From positions 1 through 50,379 of the IMG/VR virus record IMGVR_UViG_3300035049_000200: 50,379 nt of DNA; one strand, given 5' to 3'. The stretch's first letter is position 1; the number at the start of each line of letters is the position of its first letter. The notes under the pieces were generated by a model. The model saw nothing but the letters and a program-made list of their open reading frames with translations, had not been told where the DNA came from and ran no database searches. Origin of the DNA: a virus. Its lineage: Duplodnaviria; Caudoviricetes. Shown here piece after piece: positions 16,999 to 26,331 of this stretch. Position numbers and translations under genes: made by a program.

Positions 16999-17772
16999 AT
17001 GGAAAAAAAGAAAGTCGAAGATGCTTCTAATAAAGAAGCGGAGACAAAAGAAGATGACAAGAAGAAAGATGATTTCGTCAAAGAGGGAGAAAAAGCGGAT
17101 GCTAATAAATACAATCAAGCCTTGAGAAAGGCTCGAGAAGCCGAAGCTCAAAAGAGAGAGCTAGAGGAAGAATTAGCAAAAGTTAAAAAAACTCCCGCCA
17201 AAAAAGAGACTCCTCCTCAAAAGAAAGAGGAAAAGAAAGAAGAAGAAGATGATGAGGACGATTTTTGGAAAGAAGATGATGATAAAAAGGAAAAGAAGGT
17301 TGACCCAAATCAAGCTTACGACCCTGAATACATCAAAAGCTTAGTTGACGAGAAAATCAAACCCTTCATGGAATCTGAATCGAAGAGAATCCAAAGAGAA
17401 AGAAGAAATGCTCGTTCTGATTTCTATGATTCTCATCCTGAGTATTTAGAAGACCCAGATAAATGGGCTGAACTCTTAGATGAGATGAATGGTTCTATCA
17501 GACCAAGTGGAGATTATTATCAAGACTTGGAGAAAGCTCATAGGATTCTTGGAGGCGAAGACTCAGGCAAAACTCAAATTGAGAGAAAGCAAAGAGAAAT
17601 CGCAAATCAAGCGGGCAATAGTGGTGGAAATACCCAGAAAACTACTCCTAAAGGTCAAGGCGACTTGGACTCTATGGATAAGAAAGTTATGGAAGGGACG
17701 GGTGTTTCAGCCGAAACAATCGAAGCTATGAAGGACATGCAAAAGAAAGGTCTTCTTAGCCTAGAATGGTAA
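16999..17772 (+). CDS. Capsid scaffolding protein
   Basis: Highly charged coiled coil with an acidic tract, upstream of capsid genes. Confidence 0.8.
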   Translation: MEKKKVEDASNKEAETKEDDKKKDDFVKEGEKADANKYNQALRKAREAEAQKRELEEELAKVKKTPAKKETPPQKKEEKKEEEDDEDDFWKEDDDKKEKKVDPNQAYDPEYIKSLVDEKIKPFMESESKRIQRERRNARSDFYDSHPEYLEDPDKWAELLDEMNGSIRPSGDYYQDLEKAHRILGGEDSGKTQIERKQREIANQAGNSGGNTQKTTPKGQGDLDSMDKKVMEGTGVSAETIEAMKDMQKKGLLSLEW

Positions 17773-17803
17773 CCACTCATAATTAATCTAATTTAATAAA
17801 GCT

Positions 17804-18343
17804 ATGTTAAAATTTGCACGAAGTATCGGTGGTGTCGGGCGAAAACTAGTTTTAGTTAATCTTGGTGTATCCCAAACCTTCGAGGTTGGTGATGCAATTG
17901 AGGTTTACCAAAACGGGGTAGCTACCTTAGGGGCTGCTGCTCAACCTCTTTTGGGGGTTATAGCTTCTTTCGCTGATGCTAACGGTAACATTCTACCAGC
18001 TCCTGCTGTTGTAGCAGGTACTGCTAGTGGTAACGATGTGAGACAGGTAACTACTGATGCTACAAACTCAGATGGTTACTATGCTTTCGTTGATATTTCA
18101 AAAGATTCAGTTTATTCAGCTGAAGTTAGTGGAACATTAGGTACTACTAACGACTCTGACTTACCTGGAGCTAGATTGGATATTAACTCTGCTGGTGCTG
18201 AATATGGTCAGTTGTTAGAAACTACTGCTACCAGAACTATCGGGACTCCTGCTAATTTCTATTCATTAGGCAAAGACCCTAACGATTCAACTCGTTTAAT
18301 GGTTTCTTTGGCTATGAGCGAAATTGAAGGTGTCAAGGAATAG
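17804..18343 (+). CDS. Capsid decoration / minor head protein
   Basis: G/A/T-rich beta protein between scaffold and MCP. Confidence 0.65.
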   Translation: MLKFARSIGGVGRKLVLVNLGVSQTFEVGDAIEVYQNGVATLGAAAQPLLGVIASFADANGNILPAPAVVAGTASGNDVRQVTTDATNSDGYYAFVDISKDSVYSAEVSGTLGTTNDSDLPGARLDINSAGAEYGQLLETTATRTIGTPANFYSLGKDPNDSTRLMVSLAMSEIEGVKE

Positions 18344-18386
18344 TATTCCTTAAAGAGTGATTTTTAATTTTTAATTAAGCAAAACT

Positions 18387-19397
18387 ATGAATGTTGAATT
18401 ACGTTCAAGTTGGGGCGAAAGCTGGATTAAAGGGACAGGAGCAAAATTTGTGGAAGCTTACAACCAAGCTGAAATGGCTTATTCTTTAGGGATAGAATCT
18501 GCCTTGGGAGTTGAAGCTAATAAAGCGACTGCTCTGTTCAAACAAAAAAATTCAGACAAAGCTGAGGAAACCCTTACCAGCAAAACTGGTGTAGGATACC
18601 CCCGACTTACTGATGAAGGAGAAGACTATGCAATGGACTCCAGACTACCTGGATACAAAACAGTCTTTAAATTTATCAAAAAGACTAATGGTGTAGAAAT
18701 CACCGAAGAATTCAAAGATGACCGAGATAAGGATTTACAAGACAAGTTTGATGAAGCTAGAGATATTCATATTGGATTCAAAATGGAATTCGATAGAAGT
18801 GCTTTCAGTGTTTTCAATTATGCTTTTACTGCTCAATCTAGTTTACCTTCAGATGTAACTTATTACTCTGATGGAAAACCTCTTTGTTCAGTAGGACATC
18901 CTCGAAAAGACGGAGGAACTGCTCAATCTAATGCTTCCGCAACTGGAATTGTATTAAGCGAGCCTAATTTGGAAGTAGCTAAACAAGCCCTAAGACGACA
19001 ATTAGATGATAGAGGTTTGCCAATGGCTATTGGAAGTGGACGACTAATGTTGATTGTCCCCGATTCTTTGGAAAAAACTGCTTACATTTTGACTAACTCT
19101 ACTTTGAGACCTAGCACAGCTAATAATGATGTCAATATTTATGACGGAACTATGACTGTTGTCTCAACCAAGTGGATTAATAGCCAAAACGGAGGTAGTG
19201 ACACAGCTTGGTTCTTAGTAGATGCTCTTTATTCTCCATTTATCTTCTATCAACGACAAGGTGTAAAAAGCCGAGTCTATGTAGATAATAAGAATAAGAA
19301 TACTATCTACGATGCTGCTGCCAGATGGCAAGTTGGCTTCAAGAACTGGAGAGGTGTATGGGGAAGTAAAGGTGATGGTGCTGCTTACTCAAGCTAA
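18387..19397 (+). CDS. Major capsid protein (Mu gpT-like)
   Basis: DGKPLCSVGHP, LMLIVPDSL, TAWFL, R...GFKNWRGVWGSKG motifs; 336 aa. Confidence 0.9.
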   Translation: MNVELRSSWGESWIKGTGAKFVEAYNQAEMAYSLGIESALGVEANKATALFKQKNSDKAEETLTSKTGVGYPRLTDEGEDYAMDSRLPGYKTVFKFIKKTNGVEITEEFKDDRDKDLQDKFDEARDIHIGFKMEFDRSAFSVFNYAFTAQSSLPSDVTYYSDGKPLCSVGHPRKDGGTAQSNASATGIVLSEPNLEVAKQALRRQLDDRGLPMAIGSGRLMLIVPDSLEKTAYILTNSTLRPSTANNDVNIYDGTMTVVSTKWINSQNGGSDTAWFLVDALYSPFIFYQRQGVKSRVYVDNKNKNTIYDAAARWQVGFKNWRGVWGSKGDGAAYSS

Positions 19398-19407
19398 GAA
19401 GGAATTA

Positions 19408-19538
19408 GGCTATTATAGCCAGTTTCAATACCCAATGGAGAGAGGGACTTCGACTACCCCTCTCTCCCAACAGGGTAAAAAGGGGTTTAAGGTAGTCGCT
19501 GAAAACCTCTAGGCAAAGTAAAGTCATTAGGCTTGAAA
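19408..19538 (+). ncRNA. Structured intergenic RNA with a loop-loop (kissing) interaction
   Basis: Stems GGAGAGAGGG/CCCTCTCTCC and AGGGGTTT/AAACCTCT; loops CGACTAC(C) and GGTAGTCG are complementary. Confidence 0.65.
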
Positions 19539-19563
19539 TGCTAAATATAATTAATTCAAAAAA

Positions 19564-20532
19564 ATGATTACTAATTTTCCAAACGGAGTTTCTTCATTCG
19601 GAATTCAATTACCTTCTGGAGACTTACCAGCCACCAAAGGTAAATACATTTTCGTTGATTACGGAAGTGGGAATGATGGAAATACAGGGAAAAGTCCTGA
19701 AGAAGCGGTGAAGACCATTTCTCAGGCTTACTCAATGGCTACTACCAATATGGATGATGTTATCGTTCTTATGGGTAGTTCAACTCACGTATTAAGCTCT
19801 ATGCTAACTGTTAGCAAAAATAGAGTTCATTTTGTTGGCGTTGATGCTTCAGGAGGTAGAATGTTCGGTCAAAACGCTAAGGTTTCCTTAGGTTCTACGA
19901 CTGCTGCTACTGACATTGGAACTATGCAAAATACTGGTGTTAGGAACTCTTTCCACAACATCAAGTTTATGAATAGTAACGATGTTGCTGAAGGAATCTA
20001 CTGTGTCGTAGAAGCTGGTGAGTATGCTAAATATACTAACTGTGAATTCTACAAATCTACTGACTTAGATGTTACTGGAGCTGCTGAAGTAGCTAATAAT
20101 GGTGACTCTGCTCAATGGATTGGTTGCACCTTTGGTTCTAGTGCTAACATCATTGCTGATGCTAAAATTAGACCAAATATGTTGCTAACTGGTGGAATTG
20201 TCTCTGGTAAAAAATGCCGAGATAACTACATCCAAGACTGTATCTTCCTATCAAAAGCTGGAGGAAACGAGCATGTTGCTATTTATGGAGCGAACGCTAC
20301 TGATGTTGAAAGAATGTTCTTAGTTAAAAACTCAGTATTCTACAACAACATCTTGTCAGTTGCTACTCCTGACCACGCTGTTGGTTTTGGTGCTGCTCAA
20401 ACTGAAGGTTGTGTAATCTTGAAAGATTGTACTTCAGTTGACCATACTGTAATGGCTCAGGCTGCTATGAACATCTATGTCGATGGAGCTGTTCCAACCT
20501 TCGCAACAACTGGTGTTTCAGTTGCTAGCTAA
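19564..20532 (+). CDS. Virion protein with a right-handed beta-helix (pectin-lyase-like; head fibre?)
   Basis: FVD...GNDGNTGKSPEEAVKTISQA...DVIVL start motif; repeated NC.F/GC.F strands. Confidence 0.75.
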   Translation: MITNFPNGVSSFGIQLPSGDLPATKGKYIFVDYGSGNDGNTGKSPEEAVKTISQAYSMATTNMDDVIVLMGSSTHVLSSMLTVSKNRVHFVGVDASGGRMFGQNAKVSLGSTTAATDIGTMQNTGVRNSFHNIKFMNSNDVAEGIYCVVEAGEYAKYTNCEFYKSTDLDVTGAAEVANNGDSAQWIGCTFGSSANIIADAKIRPNMLLTGGIVSGKKCRDNYIQDCIFLSKAGGNEHVAIYGANATDVERMFLVKNSVFYNNILSVATPDHAVGFGAAQTEGCVILKDCTSVDHTVMAQAAMNIYVDGAVPTFATTGVSVAS

Positions 20533-20557
20533 TTTATTAATTAAGTAAATAAAAGCT

Positions 20558-20722
20558 ATGGCTAAGAAAAAAGAAACAAAGAAAGTCAAAAAAGCTGAAC
20601 CAGTAGTTACAGATATTGTTAAGGAATACTTTGAAAAAGATGGTGTTCCAATGGTAAAAATTACTGAATATGTTGGGAAGAAACCGACTGCGGTCAAAAC
20701 CATTCCAACTACAGAAGAATAG
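20558..20722 (+). CDS. 54-aa protein (not in ORF track)
   Basis: MAKKKETKKVKKAEPVV...PTTEE; same AAAGCTATG start as the 17804 gene. Confidence 0.7.
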   Translation: MAKKKETKKVKKAEPVVTDIVKEYFEKDGVPMVKITEYVGKKPTAVKTIPTTEE

Positions 20723-20767
20723 ACTTTTTTTAGGTGAGTCAACGGTGACTCACCACTAAAGAAGTTT
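20721..20767. terminator. Strong intergenic hairpin
   Basis: GGTGAGTCA-ACGG-TGACTCACC core extended by AGACTTTTTTTA / TAAAGAAGTTT. Confidence 0.55.
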
Positions 20768-20819
20768 ATGCCAATTATTAGGAGGGAAGGGCGGAAACCT
20801 AATTAATTAATAAAATTTT

Positions 20820-21248
20820 ATGGAAACAAGTGTAAAACCAGAAGAAAAGTTAGAGACTTCTCCTAGTACCACTTTGAATGTTCAAGAAGAACAAGAAGTT
20901 GAAACAAAAACACCAAAAGAACAACTTGAAGAAATTCAAGAGACTGATGAAGACATTTACAAAAGAGCCAAGGCTGAGGAAATGGATTTAATCTCAAAAT
21001 ATAAGAAAGACAACCTTCACCCAGAAGAAGAACAACCTGCCTTGATTATGAAGGATGAGTATGGTCAAGATGTCCCTCATCTTTTAATCAACGATAAATA
21101 TATCCCAAAAGTTCAAGCTGACGTGATGATTCAAGAAAAGAAAATTATCATAGAATACCAAAAACTTGAAGCGATGAAGGAAGAATTAAAAAGATATAGA
21201 AAATTAGGTAAAGAAGTTTTAAAAATTAATAATAAAAAAAATGGCTAG
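20820..21248 (+). CDS. Acidic hypothetical protein
   Basis: E/K-rich ORF. Confidence 0.75.
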   Translation: METSVKPEEKLETSPSTTLNVQEEQEVETKTPKEQLEEIQETDEDIYKRAKAEEMDLISKYKKDNLHPEEEQPALIMKDEYGQDVPHLLINDKYIPKVQADVMIQEKKIIIEYQKLEAMKEELKRYRKLGKEVLKINNKKNG

Positions 21249-21510
21249 AGAAATTTTGCATGATGAAAAAGGGAAAGCTTACAGCGTTAGTTCTGCTAGA
21301 AGATTTGATGCGGTAACAACAGATGATGATAACGAAATCGCTGAGTTCAAAGCTCTTTATATTGGAGGTGATGGTGATGTTGTGGTTGTTAATAGTGAAG
21401 GAGATGAGGAAACTTTTATCGGGCTAACCGCTGGTTCGATTCTACCTGTTTATGGCGTTAAAGTTAAAGAAGCAACAACTGCTACAAATATTGTGGCTCT
21501 AAGAGATTAA
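21241..21510 (+). CDS. Small virion protein (spike-base-like)
   Basis: ALYIGGDGDV...TF.GL.AG.ILPV..KV.TTAT.IVAL pattern. Confidence 0.75.
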   Translation: MAREILHDEKGKAYSVSSARRFDAVTTDDDNEIAEFKALYIGGDGDVVVVNSEGDEETFIGLTAGSILPVYGVKVKEATTATNIVALRD

Positions 21511-21519
21511 TAAAAAACT

Positions 21520-22695
21520 ATGATAGGAACAAATCTATCAATATTTACTAAAATCCCTTTAAATTTGTCAGGAGGAGGAGGAGGGGGAGGAATTAATTGG
21601 GAAGAGCTTGTTGTAACCCAAAAAGATGTTGGTGAATTTCAAGATGGTGTCAGTTTAAATTCTACTTACCCTTGGACTGGGTTTATGGTAGATGAAAATC
21701 ACATAGCCATTATCTATGATTATAATTATGTCAGAATAAAAATTTATCAAATCAATGAAGACCGCACTTTATCTTATGTTGATGAAACTTCTAAAGATTT
21801 AACTACCTCTTATGGTGGTGAAATGTCAGCTGTGCAAATTGATGCCACTCATTTTATAATGGCTTACAAAGAATACGGAAGCGATGGTTTTATCGACACT
21901 TATTCTATAGACCCTGAAACTTATCAAGTTACTGAACTAGACAGTATAGAGCATGACTATAGTTTAGGAAGAGTCAACTCGTTAGCAAAAATAGATGATA
22001 CTCATTTTTTATTATCATACGCTGGTGGAGAAGGACATTTAAAAGTTTTTTCTATTGACGAATCATATAATATTACTGAAGGAGATGTTATATCAACAGA
22101 TTACGGGGCTTCTTCTGGAAGTTTGATTAGATTAACTTCAAGTAAATTTATCCAAGCGGTTGATGGTAGCAATGATAAAGGGATGGTTCTTAGTATAAAT
22201 ATCAATGAGTCTTATGAAATATCGATAATTGATACGCTTGAGCAGAGTGCTGGAAACTCTAATTACTATAATTGTCTTGATAAAATAGATGATACCCATT
22301 TTTTATTGGCAACCATGTCTGAGTTTTATGACGATAGATTTATTTTTCCAGCTTTTTTTAAAACTTTTTCTGTAGATGCTTCTTACGATAATATTACAGA
22401 AACAGACAGTTTTCAAACTTTAAGTGAAACATCTGGTCTTTATTATTTTGATGTAGTTAGTATGGATTCTAACCATTTTTTAATTTCTTGTAAGGATAAC
22501 ACTAGCAGTGGCGAGCAAGTCGTCAAAATTATTGAATTAGCCGATGATTATTCAATTACTGTTCTTAAAACTCAAGTTGTTGACACTGAAGCTGCTTATT
22601 ATTCTAAACTGATAAAAATAGATGAAACCCATTTCGCAATTTTCTATGCTGGAGCTGACTCTGATGGATATTATAAAGTTTATGAACTTTCTTAA
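21520..22695 (+). CDS. Repeat (beta-propeller) virion/adhesin protein
   Basis: About 7 repeats of (K)ID.THF hydrophobic; short N-terminal anchor and Gly7 linker. Confidence 0.75.
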   Translation: MIGTNLSIFTKIPLNLSGGGGGGGINWEELVVTQKDVGEFQDGVSLNSTYPWTGFMVDENHIAIIYDYNYVRIKIYQINEDRTLSYVDETSKDLTTSYGGEMSAVQIDATHFIMAYKEYGSDGFIDTYSIDPETYQVTELDSIEHDYSLGRVNSLAKIDDTHFLLSYAGGEGHLKVFSIDESYNITEGDVISTDYGASSGSLIRLTSSKFIQAVDGSNDKGMVLSININESYEISIIDTLEQSAGNSNYYNCLDKIDDTHFLLATMSEFYDDRFIFPAFFKTFSVDASYDNITETDSFQTLSETSGLYYFDVVSMDSNHFLISCKDNTSSGEQVVKIIELADDYSITVLKTQVVDTEAAYYSKLIKIDETHFAIFYAGADSDGYYKVYELS

Positions 22696-22699
22696 AATT

Positions 22700-23006
22700 A
22701 TGAACAAAACACTCTTGCATAAAGAAATCATCACAACCACGGCAGTTGATGGATAAATCTCAGTAAACACTGAAAGGATTGAAGGCATGTGTCGCCAAAT
22801 CATAGTATCTCCCGCAACTGCCAGTACTTCTTACACAATTAAATTATTAGATAGCGATGATTTGGTAATTTTTGAAACCGATACTGAAACTGGGGATTAT
22901 TGTGAGCTTACTGATTTACCCGTTAGAGGCGTGACCAATGTTCAAATTTTAAACATCACCAACTATAACAGGGGCTACAGCTAATGTAGCAATAGTTTAT
23001 GAATAA
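22700..23006 (+). pseudogene. Disrupted small virion gene
   Basis: ATG 22700 in frame with ORF 22787; TAA at 22754-22756; apparent C-terminus TSPTITGATANVAIVYE* in another frame near 22950. Confidence 0.65.
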
Positions 23007-23021
23007 AAATTAATTAATATT

Positions 23022-23060
23022 ATGGCTTGTAAAAAAAAGAAAAAACGTAAGAAGAAATAA
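23022..23060 (+). CDS. 12-aa polybasic peptide MACKKKKKRKKK
   Basis: AT-rich leader like neighbouring genes; fills the gap before 23078. Confidence 0.5.
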   Translation: MACKKKKKRKKK

Positions 23061-23077
23061 TTAAATAATTTAAGAAA

Positions 23078-24412
23078 ATGATTCTCAAATTCAAAAATCA
23101 AAGGGTTATTAATGACACAACCCCATTTTCACAGATAACAGATTTTGTTGAAGCTTCAGACACTACTATTACTGTCCTTTCTGATGAAGGTTTTTCTGGT
23201 GCTAACAACCATGTTCTTATTGGTGAGTTTGGGGATGAAAATTCTGAAATAGTATCTTTTACCAGTGCTACTGGGAATGTCTTAACTGTGGCGGCTGTTG
23301 CTAAAGACCACCCAGCAGGTACTCCCGTTAGACTAATAAAAGCTGACCAAGTGGAGTTCTTCCGTTCTTCTACGGTTGGCGGAACTTATTCTTCTTTATC
23401 TAAGGTTGACATAGACCCAGAATCTTTAGTAACAACTTATGAAGATACTACTAATTCCACTGGGTTCGGGAAAGCTAAGCTTTATAATTCTGATGCTACT
23501 GCTTATTATCAAGATTTTTGGGAAATAATCAAATATAGTGGGGATAATAGAAAAACTAGAGGTTTTGTTAAAAAAGTGGCTAAGGCTAGACAAAATGTTT
23601 ATGATAACGACCCAGATATAACTGAAGACTTTTTAGATGACCTTGTGACAGAATGTGATGAAAGAATCAGGGAAGAGAAAATTAATTGGAAAGAAGAATT
23701 TAAAGAAGTCACTGTTGAAACAGCAGTCGGTCAGACTTCCTATGACGTTTCTTCTTATATTAAAGAACAGATGACTGCCAGCAACTTGCTTTATGCTAAG
23801 TGCGATGGAGAAAAGATAGCAATAACCACTTATGATATTTTTCTTTCAGAACTTGGGAATGCTGTCAAAACAGCGTTAGCTGATGATGTCGCTACTACAG
23901 ACACTACTATTACGGTAGATGATTCTTCAGATTTGGCGGATGAAGGGTCTATTATAATTGGAACTGACACTATTTCTTATACTGACAATGACCGAGATAC
24001 TAATATTTTATCTGGTGTTACTGGAATTGACTCTACTCACAGCACTGACGATGAGGTTTGGCAAGGAGCTTTAACTGGAACTCCTAATTTAGCGACTATT
24101 TATAACGGCTATCTTTATACCTATCCCTTAATTAATGAGTCCGATAAAGCTAAAACTATAACTGTTTTATATTCTGAGAAATATACTCACATTGACTCAG
24201 ATTCTGATGAGTTGTCTTTCCCAACATTTTTGTATGTTGATTTCCTAAGAGCTGGGATTGCTGAAAGAAAAGGAGAAAAAGATGCTCAGTCTTTGGAGAG
24301 AAAATTTGAAGTTAGCTTAATCAAACATAAAAACAAAGATGTCTCCCCTGTGGAGACTGGGTTTAAGCCTAATATGGTTTATCCTAGCAGTCGCAGAGGG
24401 AGCTTAGAATAA
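23078..24412 (+). CDS. Head-tail adaptor (podovirus gp11-like) with extra small beta domains
   Basis: T.VGQTSY...GTP..ATIY...LYTYP adaptor motifs; position before the nozzle. Confidence 0.7.
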   Translation: MILKFKNQRVINDTTPFSQITDFVEASDTTITVLSDEGFSGANNHVLIGEFGDENSEIVSFTSATGNVLTVAAVAKDHPAGTPVRLIKADQVEFFRSSTVGGTYSSLSKVDIDPESLVTTYEDTTNSTGFGKAKLYNSDATAYYQDFWEIIKYSGDNRKTRGFVKKVAKARQNVYDNDPDITEDFLDDLVTECDERIREEKINWKEEFKEVTVETAVGQTSYDVSSYIKEQMTASNLLYAKCDGEKIAITTYDIFLSELGNAVKTALADDVATTDTTITVDDSSDLADEGSIIIGTDTISYTDNDRDTNILSGVTGIDSTHSTDDEVWQGALTGTPNLATIYNGYLYTYPLINESDKAKTITVLYSEKYTHIDSDSDELSFPTFLYVDFLRAGIAERKGEKDAQSLERKFEVSLIKHKNKDVSPVETGFKPNMVYPSSRRGSLE

Positions 24413-26331
24413 TGCTCAAGCAATTTATTTGGCAGGAAGTCCTGTCGGGGTTTAACGAAGAAGTCATCATAAGTAATAAGCCTACTGCTTTATATCAGGC
24501 GTTGAACGCTGATATGGAAAAACAACCTGGTTCTTTGAGAAAAAGAAAAGGTTACCAAATATTTGGTTCTCAAATCACTAGCAGTGAAGATATTCTTGGT
24601 TTGTTTGATTTTGTCCAAAGTGATGGCACTAGAGTCCCTTTAGCTGTTATTAATGATTCAATTGCTATCACCAACGCTTCTTATTCAGACCCTGACGTTA
24701 CTTTAACAGTTGCTTCTGGTCATGGAATTGTCGCTGGAGATACCATAACAGTTTCTGGACTAGCTCCTACTGGCTATAACGGAACATTTGAAGTAGCTTC
24801 AGTAACCGCAACTGAAATTGTTTATTCTAAAACTGGCTTAGCCGCTTTGACCACGACGACTGGAACAGCTAACTCTTCAAAGATAATGTATTATGATTCT
24901 GGTTGGACTTTAGCTGATAAAGGTTATACTGAAGATAAAGAAGTTAGGTTTGCAACTTTTGTAGATTATTGCTTTATGACGAATGGAGAAGAATTAAAAA
25001 CCTCAGCTGATGGTCAAACTTGGTCAACTACAAATCTTTTAAATACTATTGATATTTCAGCAGTAGCTTACTCAGACCCTACTGTTGTACTGACTGTCTC
25101 TTCTGGTCATGGTGTAGTGGTTGGTGATGAGATTGTTGTTTCTGGGCTAGCCCCAAGTGGTTATAACGGAACTTTCACTGTTACAGAAGTTAACACTACA
25201 GAAATACATTATTCTTCAGCTGGTTTAGGAGCTGTGACTGATGAAGAAGGTTCTTTAACAGTCCAATTCTCTTTGCCTGCTAATGATGTTTTAGAGTACG
25301 GAAATTATTTATTTTTAATAGGCATTGAAGGGTTTAGGTCTGACATTTTATGGAGCAATGTCCCAGCCAAAAATGATTCTGATGAATATGTTATTGATTG
25401 GAACAGGAACAATAACGTTTCTATTAGACTTGGTGATGGTGAAGAGTTGATAGCAGGACAAGAATATAGAGGAGCTTTGTATTTATTTAAAAATAGTTCT
25501 ATTTCAAGAACTATAACTCCTGTCGCTTCAAATGGAGTTAAAAATTTATCAAGCAATATTGGGGCTAACAGTAAAGATTGTATTCAAGTTGTTTCAGGAC
25601 AAATGGTTTTCTTTAATGATGGGAAAAGAAATTCCAAAAAAGGATTTTATTCTTTTAATTCTTTAGCAGATGCCGAACCTCAGATTATTTCAGAACCAGT
25701 CCAGCCTTATATAGATGGAATGACCGCTGGTCAAACCATAGTATCTGGAGTTATTAATGATTTATATGTAGCTTATGTTGGTTCAGTCACAAATCAAGAA
25801 CATAATATTAATATTACTAATTGTTATCTTGTGTTTAATGCCAAGACTAATCGTTGGTTAGGGGCGTGGAGTTTCGACCACCCAGCTAAAAAAATGGCTT
25901 TATTAACTATAAGTAATGTAACTAAGCTTTATTTTGGTGATGATGACGGAACAGTTTGGAAAACTGATGAAGGGAATCGAGACGGCTATAAGGATGCTCA
26001 AACTCCAGGTTCTCAGATAGTTCTTGATGTAATAAGTCATCCTTATGACCTTACTAGAGGGGCTAAGGGTTACCGAGAAAGTTATATGAAAAGAAGTCTC
26101 CAACAACTTTATTTAGCTGGGGATAGGCTGGATAACTGCAAACTTAGGTATCGTTTTGATAAAAGATTATCAGAAAAAGGAGGTTGGGAAACAGTTGATG
26201 GAATGAAAAATCCAGTTCATAAAGCACCTTTTAAGAGAACTGAGGCTCATTTATTTCAATACCGAATAACTCATAATGGTGAGCAGGAAAATGAACCAAT
26301 TATTAGAAAGTTAATAATAGAACATGAATAA
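24412..26331 (+). CDS. Tail nozzle / stabilisation protein with two inserted repeat domains
   Basis: NADME..GSLRKRKG start, LYLFK, LYFG..DG.V; duplicated HG...GD.I.VSG.AP.GYNGTF.V domain. Confidence 0.8.
   Translation: MLKQFIWQEVLSGFNEEVIISNKPTALYQALNADMEKQPGSLRKRKGYQIFGSQITSSEDILGLFDFVQSDGTRVPLAVINDSIAITNASYSDPDVTLTVASGHGIVAGDTITVSGLAPTGYNGTFEVASVTATEIVYSKTGLAALTTTTGTANSSKIMYYDSGWTLADKGYTEDKEVRFATFVDYCFMTNGEELKTSADGQTWSTTNLLNTIDISAVAYSDPTVVLTVSSGHGVVVGDEIVVSGLAPSGYNGTFTVTEVNTTEIHYSSAGLGAVTDEEGSLTVQFSLPANDVLEYGNYLFLIGIEGFRSDILWSNVPAKNDSDEYVIDWNRNNNVSIRLGDGEELIAGQEYRGALYLFKNSSISRTITPVASNGVKNLSSNIGANSKDCIQVVSGQMVFFNDGKRNSKKGFYSFNSLADAEPQIISEPVQPYIDGMTAGQTIVSGVINDLYVAYVGSVTNQEHNINITNCYLVFNAKTNRWLGAWSFDHPAKKMALLTISNVTKLYFGDDDGTVWKTDEGNRDGYKDAQTPGSQIVLDVISHPYDLTRGAKGYRESYMKRSLQQLYLAGDRLDNCKLRYRFDKRLSEKGGWETVDGMKNPVHKAPFKRTEAHLFQYRITHNGEQENEPIIRKLIIEHE

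Noticed and set aside
19312-19512. Frameshift-extended capsid protein through ORF 19312..19512
   Set aside because: No evident slippery heptamer at the MCP end; the ORF stops before the next gene and overlaps the structured RNA
19408-19538. Lysine or c-di-GMP riboswitch
   Set aside because: A kissing loop and GGCAAA are present, but the conserved core nucleotides of those families were not recognisable; left as an unknown RNA
21571-21591. GGA repeat as a phase-variable tract or SD
   Set aside because: In-frame Gly7 linker inside a coding sequence
22754-22756. In-frame stop as evidence of genetic-code reassignment
   Set aside because: It is a single TAA, the main stop codon here; TGA and TAG also end genes normally, and long genes are intact under code 11
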